From: an uncultured bacterium
GTDB taxonomy: Bacteria > Verrucomicrobiota > Kiritimatiellia > RFP12 > UBA1067
Direction: 5' to 3'
DNA: 64,000 nucleotides
Assembly (NCBI GenBank): GCA_902776615.1
Contig: CACYQU010000005.1
Span: forward strand, 1,408 to 65,407
The position numbers and the translations under genes are program-made. This document shows, one piece after another, positions 59,584 to 64,000 of this stretch. The notes beneath the pieces were generated by a model. It was not told the origin of the DNA. It saw nothing but the letters and a program-made list of their open reading frames with translations, and did not search any database. Numbering within the stretch: position 1 is the first letter of the stretch; each line of letters begins with the position of its first letter.

Positions 59584-61454
59584 GGTTCTGCCGCCTCCTG
59601 CGCCGGTCCGCTCTGGATGCCCGCCAGCGCGCGCACTTCGGAGCCATCCATCGTTTCTTTCTCGATGAGGGTTCTGGCGATCAGCTCCAGCTTGTCGCGA
59701 TTCTTCTTTATGAGCTTCTCGGCGCGCGAGTACGCCTCGTCGACGAGCCTTGAAACTTCGCCGTCAACCTCGCGGCACGTGTGTTCGCTGAGCGCCGGCG
59801 GCAGGGAATCCGCCGTCCAGCGGCTCTGCTCGGCAAACGCCTGAAAGCCGAACTTCTCGCTCATGCCGTAGCGGCACACCATGTCGCGCGCGATCTGTGT
59901 CGCCTGGGCGATATCCTGCGCGGCGCCGGTGGAGAAGTCGCCCGTGAACAGTTCTTCGGCTATGCGCCCGCCGCAGCATACGGCCATTTCGTCGAGGAAG
60001 TAGCTCTTGGTGCGGTTGAGAACGTCCTTTTCCGGAAGGGACATTGTCGCGCCCAGCGCGCGTCCGCGCGGTATGATCGTTACTTTGTGGAGCGGGTCGG
60101 CGTTCTTGACCAGCAGCTGCAGCAGCGCATGGCCCGCCTCGTGCCAGGCCGTGGTCTCGCGCTCTTTCTGGGAGTATCCGGCGGATTTCCTCTCGCGCCC
60201 CCAAAGCACCTTGTCGCGCGCCTCCTCGAGCGTCGCCATGTCAACGGCGTCGAGTTTCTTCCTCACGGCGAGCAGCGCGGCCTCGTTGAGCAGGTTCGCG
60301 AGGTCCGCGCCGGAGAAGCCCGGCGTGCCGCGCGCGATCTGCTTGAGGTCGGTGCCTTCTGCGAATTTGATCTTTCTGCCGTGCAGGGCGAGTATTTCCG
60401 TTCTGCCCTTGAGCGTCGGCAGCTCCACCACGACCTGCCTGTCGAAGCGCCCGGGCCTGAGAAGCGCCGCGTCGAGCGTATCGGGACGGTTGGTGGCCGC
60501 GATCACGATTACGCCTTCGTTGGCGTCGAAACCGTCCATCTCCACGAGCATCGTGTTGAGCGTCTGCTCGTAGGCGTGCGAACCGCCGATCGCGCCCGCG
60601 CCCGTGCGCTTCATGCCGATGGAGTCTATCTCGTCGATGAAGACGATGCACGGCGCGCGCTTCTTGGCCTCTGCGAACATGTCGCGCATGCGCGACGCCC
60701 CGACGCCCACGAACATCTCTTCGAAGTCGCTGCCGCTCATGGCGAAGAAGGGCACTTTGGCCTCGCCCGCGATGGCCTTGGCGAGAAGGGTCTTGCCCGT
60801 TCCGGGCGGACCCACCAGCAGCACGCCCTTTGGTATGCGCCCGCCAAGCTTCTTGAACGCCGCCGGCTCCTTGAGGAACTCGACGATCTCCTGCACCTCT
60901 TCGCGCGCCTCGTCGATGCCTGCCACGTCGGAGAACGTCACCTTCTTCGAATCGGCCTGCACGTTCAGAATCTTGGCCTTTGATTTGCCGAATCCGAAGG
61001 GGCCGCCGTCGCCGCCCATCTTGCGGTACATGAACCAGTACATGAGCGCAAGCATCCCGACGAAGAAAAGCGTCTGCGTGACGAAAGGCGAAAGCGCGCT
61101 GCGGTGCTCGACGATCTCGACTTTTATGTTGCTTTGCAGAAGGTCGTCCATGAGCCGCTCGTTTTCGCCCGGCACGAGTTTCACGATGAACTTCTCCTTC
61201 ACGGGATCGCCCTTGCCGTCGAGCGTATCGGTTTCGATTTCGCCGGTAAGATACGTCTCGCCCTCTTCGCGGTCGAGGTGGCGAACGACAGGCTCGACTA
61301 TTTTGCCTGCGTCGATTGCCCGGTAGAAGTCGAGGCTTGTGAGGTCGCGGGTTTTGACGGGGTTGGGGTTCGCACGGTAAAGGGAAAACATCACGGCCGC
61401 GACAAGCGCGATCGCGAGCCATGATCTAAAGGCGTTGCTTTGCATTTTTGGCAT
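59580..61454 (-). CDS. ftsH: ATP-dependent zinc metalloprotease FtsH
   Basis: It shows [18 protein letters not shown], the SRH motif and HEAGHAL. ATG 61454 (or 61445) was chosen. The ORF-track start at 61616 adds an Arg/Cys-rich non-coding-like extension. Confidence 0.95.
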   Translation of the reverse strand: MPKMQSNAFRSWLAIALVAAVMFSLYRANPNPVKTRDLTSLDFYRAIDAGKIVEPVVRHLDREEGETYLTGEIETDTLDGKGDPVKEKFIVKLVPGENERLMDDLLQSNIKVEIVEHRSALSPFVTQTLFFVGMLALMYWFMYRKMGGDGGPFGFGKSKAKILNVQADSKKVTFSDVAGIDEAREEVQEIVEFLKEPAAFKKLGGRIPKGVLLVGPPGTGKTLLAKAIAGEAKVPFFAMSGSDFEEMFVGVGASRMRDMFAEAKKRAPCIVFIDEIDSIGMKRTGAGAIGGSHAYEQTLNTMLVEMDGFDANEGVIVIAATNRPDTLDAALLRPGRFDRQVVVELPTLKGRTEILALHGRKIKFAEGTDLKQIARGTPGFSGADLANLLNEAALLAVRKKLDAVDMATLEEARDKVLWGRERKSAGYSQKERETTAWHEAGHALLQLLVKNADPLHKVTIIPRGRALGATMSLPEKDVLNRTKSYFLDEMAVCCGGRIAEELFTGDFSTGAAQDIAQATQIARDMVCRYGMSEKFGFQAFAEQSRWTADSLPPALSEHTCREVDGEVSRLVDEAYSRAEKLIKKNRDKLELIARTLIEKETMDGSEVRALAGIQSGPAQEAAEP

Positions 61455-61460
61455 GGGCGT

Positions 61461-61469
61461 ATTATACCA
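61461..61469 (-). promoter_or_regulatory. Extended -10 promoter (TGgTATAAT on the minus strand) 6 nt upstream of the ftsH ATG
   Basis: The reverse complement of 61461-61469 is TGGTATAAT. No SD lies before ATG 61454. Confidence 0.5.
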
Positions 61470-61501
61470 TATTCCGCAACCGCAAGTGCGGCAAAATCGT
61501 A

Positions 61502-62002
61502 TCAGGCGAAACTTTTTCGGCCAGCCCCGTCCGCCGCGTCGCCGAAGGAGGAAAACCCCATCGCCTTGGAGCGTTCGGCATCCATTATGTAATAGTCGGC
61601 GTCTGCCTCGGCGCACACATCGCCGCCGGCGTTGCGGACAGTGGCGTGGAAGCGGGCGATCTTGCCGTTGATCTGTTCAACATAGCCTGCGCGCGCCTCG
61701 ATTGCGCCGCCGTCGATGCGGACCGGCTTCATGAACTTCACGTCAAGCCGCGTTGTCATGGCCGACCTGTTGAACCGGCGCATCGCCGCCCAGCCGGCGG
61801 TCTCGTCAAGGATGGTTGATATTATGCCGCCGTGCAGCACGCCGTCCCAGCTTTGGAAGCGGGCGTCGGGAGTCCATCTGCACAACACTTCGTCGCCGTC
61901 CTCCTCGAATTCGAGATGAAGGCCGTGCGCGTTGCCGCCGGAGCATCCGAAGCATTTGTCGCCTCTGCCGCCGGTGAATGGATTGTCAAGAACTTTTCCC
62001 AT
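61502..62002 (-). CDS. PaaI/hotdog-fold thioesterase with an N-terminal CxxC-type segment
   Basis: It shows MGKVLDNPF...CFGCSG.N..GLHLEF...LHGGIISTILDETAGWAA.... ATG 62002 was chosen. Confidence 0.7.
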   Translation of the reverse strand: MGKVLDNPFTGGRGDKCFGCSGGNAHGLHLEFEEDGDEVLCRWTPDARFQSWDGVLHGGIISTILDETAGWAAMRRFNRSAMTTRLDVKFMKPVRIDGGAIEARAGYVEQINGKIARFHATVRNAGGDVCAEADADYYIMDAERSKAMGFSSFGDAADGAGRKSFA

Positions 62003-62012
62003 GCCACCGTGT

Positions 62013-62018
62013 ATTATA
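62013..62018 (-). promoter_or_regulatory. -10 box (TATAAT on the minus strand) 10 nt upstream of the thioesterase ATG
   Basis: The reverse complement of 62013-62018 is TATAAT, with no SD before ATG 62002. Confidence 0.4.
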
Positions 62019-62098
62019 CCGAAAACCCGCAGTTGAAGGCAATGGCGCAGGTGATTGCAGATTCCCACTTTCAATCATTGCCCATAAACGGCCGAAAA

Positions 62099-62107
62099 TG
62101 ATATAAT
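62099..62107 (+). promoter_or_regulatory. Extended -10 promoter (TGaTATAAT) for the antitoxin/toxin pair
   Basis: The motif is exact and belongs to the same 15-mer as at 46965. A GAAAGGA SD at 62124-62130 and ATG 62139 follow. Confidence 0.5.
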
Positions 62108-62138
62108 ATGCGCCGTAGCCAGTGAAAGGAACAAAGCC

Positions 62139-62363
62139 ATGCCAATAGCAATGATTATGGATGAAGTGCGGAGCCGCCCGGTCGAGGAACGTGCGGTTTT
62201 CGCTGATGCTATCTTGCAGACCTTGAATCCCGTGGATGACTCCCTTCAGAGTAAGTGGCTGAATGTCGCCGAAAAGCGTAGAGCAGAAATCCTGTCTGGC
62301 GCCATCCGTCCGATTCCGACCTCCGAGGTTTTGTCCGAAGCATACGCGCGAGCTATGGCATGA
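62139..62363 (+). CDS. Putative addiction-module antitoxin (TIGR02574-like, partner of RelE/ParE toxins)
   Basis: It is 74 aa and shows ...RPVEERAVFADAILQTL...SKWLNVAEKRRAEILSGAIRPIPTSEV.... This is the typical pattern for the family. Confidence 0.65.
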   Translation: MPIAMIMDEVRSRPVEERAVFADAILQTLNPVDDSLQSKWLNVAEKRRAEILSGAIRPIPTSEVLSEAYARAMA

Positions 62364-62569
62364 AAAGCGCAATGCACCCGGGAGCCCGCGAGGAGTTCCT
62401 TGCGGCAATCGACTACTACAACGACGCCGAACCTGGTCTTGGCATGGCGTTTTATTCAGAGATAGAAGACGCAATCGCAGTAGTTTTTCTTGTATTTGCG
62501 GGGTTTTGCCAGATATTACCATTCCGTATAGACATGATGCGCGGAATAGGGTATAATATCGGCATATAA
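62360..62569 (+). CDS. RelE/ParE-family toxin, short (69 aa), with a non-canonical C-terminus; possibly truncated or decayed
   Basis: The N-terminal 44 aa, ...HPGAREEFLAAIDYYNDAEPGLGMAFYSEIEDAI, match ParE-like toxins. The remaining 25 aa lack the usual ...RRFPYxIxY core, and the gene is about 25-30 aa shorter than usual. Confidence 0.5.
   Translation: MKSAMHPGAREEFLAAIDYYNDAEPGLGMAFYSEIEDAIAVVFLVFAGFCQILPFRIDMMRGIGYNIGI
62552..62557 (+). promoter_or_regulatory. Possible -10 box (TATAAT) for the DUF3990 cassette, inside the toxin gene 3' end
   Basis: An exact TATAAT lies 37 nt upstream of ATG 62595. Confidence 0.3.
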
Positions 62570-62594
62570 AAAACAAGTTAGGTGCGGGAAGCCA

Positions 62595-63083
62595 ATGACA
62601 GTCTACCATGGCAGCAATGTTGAGGTGCGAGAGCCCAAAATCCTGAAGCCAAACCGCGAGTTGGACTTCGGGAATGGGTTTTATACTACAACCAACATTG
62701 ACCAGGCGATAGCCTTTGCCAAACGGGTTGCGCGTAATCGCGGTACGGGCGTTCCAACGGTTTCTGTGTATGAAATAGATTTAGACACCGCTTTTTCGGC
62801 CTGCAACGTCGTAAAGTTCGACGGTGTCTGCGACGCATGGCTGGATTTCGTGTGCGACAACCGTGACGGGGCGTACTCCGGCCCTGCGTATGATTTCGCT
62901 TTCGGTCCGGTTGCCAATGATGACGTCTATCGTACTCTTTATCTTTATCGAGGTGGAGAGATAGATCGCGAAGAGACGTTCAAGCGGTTGAAGGTCAAGA
63001 CGCTTTACAACCAGTTGGTTTTTGCTTCGTCTTTGGCACTGTCGTTCATCCGCTTCAGAAAGTCGGAGGTGTTTGATGTATGA
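62595..63083 (+). CDS. DUF3990-family protein (162 aa)
   Basis: The N-terminus MTVYHGSN...DFGNGFYTT and the overall length match my recollection of DUF3990. DUF3791-type genes follow, which is the usual pairing. Confidence 0.7.
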   Translation: MTVYHGSNVEVREPKILKPNRELDFGNGFYTTTNIDQAIAFAKRVARNRGTGVPTVSVYEIDLDTAFSACNVVKFDGVCDAWLDFVCDNRDGAYSGPAYDFAFGPVANDDVYRTLYLYRGGEIDREETFKRLKVKTLYNQLVFASSLALSFIRFRKSEVFDV

Positions 63084-63318
63084 CAAACGGCACAGTGCGC
63101 TGCTGACGGTCATTGTGCCGATGGTTGTCGGAGAGATGGTTCGGGCATACGGCATTGACGAGAAAACCGCCGCCGAGAGGTTCTATGCGTCTCGTGTTTA
63201 CGCAGAACTCTCCGATGAAGGCCGGAAGCTGTGGCACTATTCGCCCAAGGTTCTCTTTTCTCTTTACGACGAAGAGATCAAAACCGGGAACATAACATAT
63301 CCAGAGGAGGCGTTCTGA
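63076..63318 (+). CDS. DUF3791-like small protein (80 aa)
   Basis: ATG 63076 overlaps the DUF3990 stop. It shows ...ERFYASRVYAELSDEGRKLWHYSPKVLFSLYDEE... Confidence 0.55.
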   Translation: MYDKRHSALLTVIVPMVVGEMVRAYGIDEKTAAERFYASRVYAELSDEGRKLWHYSPKVLFSLYDEEIKTGNITYPEEAF

Positions 63319-63521
63319 TGAGCGAGGAAGGAAAGTTTCTTGTCTTCTGCATGGAATGCTACCGTGCGGAGAAAGGCCTTACGGGTCGCGAGGTGTCTGA
63401 GTTGTTCGCGAAATACGGCGTTTCGGATTACGTGATGCGATATTTCGATTCACTTCATACGACCGGCGTCAAGTATATAGTCGCCGACATCGCTGATTTC
63501 ATCCGTTCACGTGCGGCATAG
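63318..63521 (+). CDS. DUF3791 small protein (67 aa)
   Basis: ATG 63318 overlaps the upstream TGA. It reads MSEEGKFLVFCMECYRAEKGLTGREVSELFAKYGVSDYVMRYFDSLHTTGVKYIVADIADFI, the canonical family pattern. Confidence 0.65.
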   Translation: MSEEGKFLVFCMECYRAEKGLTGREVSELFAKYGVSDYVMRYFDSLHTTGVKYIVADIADFIRSRAA

Positions 63522-63527
63522 GGGGCA

Positions 63528-63621
63528 GAATTGTTGCCAATGTGCAAATATCCAATACCAATGCCAATATCCAATTGGCAACATTGGCAGTGGCAACTGG
63601 CAACAATTCCACATTGGATAT
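63528..63621. repeat. CCAAT/ATTGG- and TGGCA-dense repeat block with interleaved inverted repeats
   Basis: About 85 bp contain 5x CCAAT, 3x ATTGG, 4x TGGCA and 2x TGCCA. ATATCCAAT occurs twice (63548, 63567) and its complement ATTGGATAT once (63613). GAATTGTTGCC (63528) pairs with GGCAACAATTC (63599). Confidence 0.8.
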
Positions 63622-63758
63622 TCTCTAAGGCATCTTCCAAAACACATTTCCTGCACTCGTTCGGCACGACCCGAAAGGCCGCGTCGCGGGCGCGCTTTGC
63701 GTCCAATCTGCTCATTTTCACGTGAATCATTCTTAACTCAAGTTAAAGGAGAAACGTC

Positions 63759-64000
63759 ATGACAACACCAATCAAAAAACTGATGCTCGCTATGGCTGCG
63801 GCGTTCGCCCTCTGCCTCGGCGCGCGGGCGGCGAACGAGGGCAAGACGTGGATGGTCGTCGATCTCAGGACCGGCGCGCTCTCGTACTACGGCTACGATC
63901 TCGCAACCGCCACCAACACCTTCAACACGCCGCTCTACAAGACCGAGAAGATGGTCTTCCGCCGCATACCGGCCGGCCTTTACTGGGTGCGCGACGGAGC
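63759..64000 (+). CDS. Secreted protein, N-terminal fragment (runs off the window); possibly an FGE/SUMF1-type domain protein
   Basis: An AAAGGAG SD lies 7 nt upstream. The signal peptide is MTTPIKKLMLAMAAAFALCLGARA. The stretch ...YKTEKMVFRRIPAGLYWV... resembles the entry into FGE-sulfatase domains. The functional call is weak. Confidence 0.4.
   Translation, partial: MTTPIKKLMLAMAAAFALCLGARAANEGKTWMVVDLRTGALSYYGYDLATATNTFNTPLYKTEKMVFRRIPAGLYWVRDG

Noticed and set aside
61455-61616. A 54-aa N-terminal extension of ftsH.
   Set aside because: Its Arg/Cys/Gly-rich sequence overlaps the thioesterase 3' end and the TGGTATAAT promoter. The FtsH TM1 begins right after ATG 61454.
63576-63609. The four TGGCA motifs were considered as sigma-54 -24 elements.
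   Set aside because: No TTGC(A/T) -12 element lies at the required N5-type spacing after any TGGCA.
63511-63762. Small ORFs (64-91 aa, both strands) across the repeat block.
   Set aside because: They have no SD, their composition is driven by the repeats, and their peptides are implausible and low-complexity.

Overview
This is a GC-rich (about 60-65% by eye), gene-dense bacterial chromosomal segment. The many prepilin-leader proteins and a DUF1559-type protein suggest a PVC-superphylum organism (Lentisphaerota, Verrucomicrobiota or Planctomycetota); this taxonomy is inference only. From 1-53.1 kb almost everything is on the + strand. (1) A gspF 3' fragment is followed by an unbroken run of nine prepilin-leader or GspK-like genes (371-9017) and an orphan HisKA_3 sensor kinase. 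(2) Housekeeping genes follow: an MFS sugar transporter, dtd, birA and an RluA-type synthase. (3) A sugar-acid catabolic operon follows: eda, kdgK, an SDR, an IlvD/Edd dehydratase, three poorly characterised enzymes and an SSF transporter. (4) A PilM/N-like, PilO-like and secretin block follows. (5) A four-helix-bundle/zinc-ribbon gene bracketed by 85-bp direct repeats sits directly behind the secretin. (6) Then come ychF, an ACT-domain gene, thrC, a second RluA-type gene, tRNA-Arg(CCG), a UDP-sugar pyrophosphorylase, envelope proteins, glgP, two GYF_2/coiled-coil paralogues and a canonical gspG-H-I-J set. (7) The + block ends with an aminotransferase, a secreted protein, ispE, tRNA-Gln(UUG) and an SNF2 helicase. 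From 53.1-62.0 kb a minus-strand chain of mostly overlapping genes encodes a thioesterase, ftsH, cdaA, a 59-aa CdaR-like remnant, ftsK, a RodZ-like protein, nagB, a zinc-ribbon protein and a non-specific nuclease. From 62.1-63.7 kb lies a visibly AT-richer accessory islet. It carries a ParD-like antitoxin, a short RelE/ParE-like toxin and a DUF3990 + 2x DUF3791 cassette, and ends in a CCAAT/TGGCA-dense repeat block. No CRISPR array, rRNA, transposase or integrase was seen. The strongest second-look candidates are the DUF3990 cassette, the repeat-bracketed four-helix-bundle module, the expanded pseudopilin operon, a DNA-level 13-bp palindrome inside the kinase gene, and apparently leaderless promoters. 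All functional calls rest on motif recognition by eye; no database search was run.
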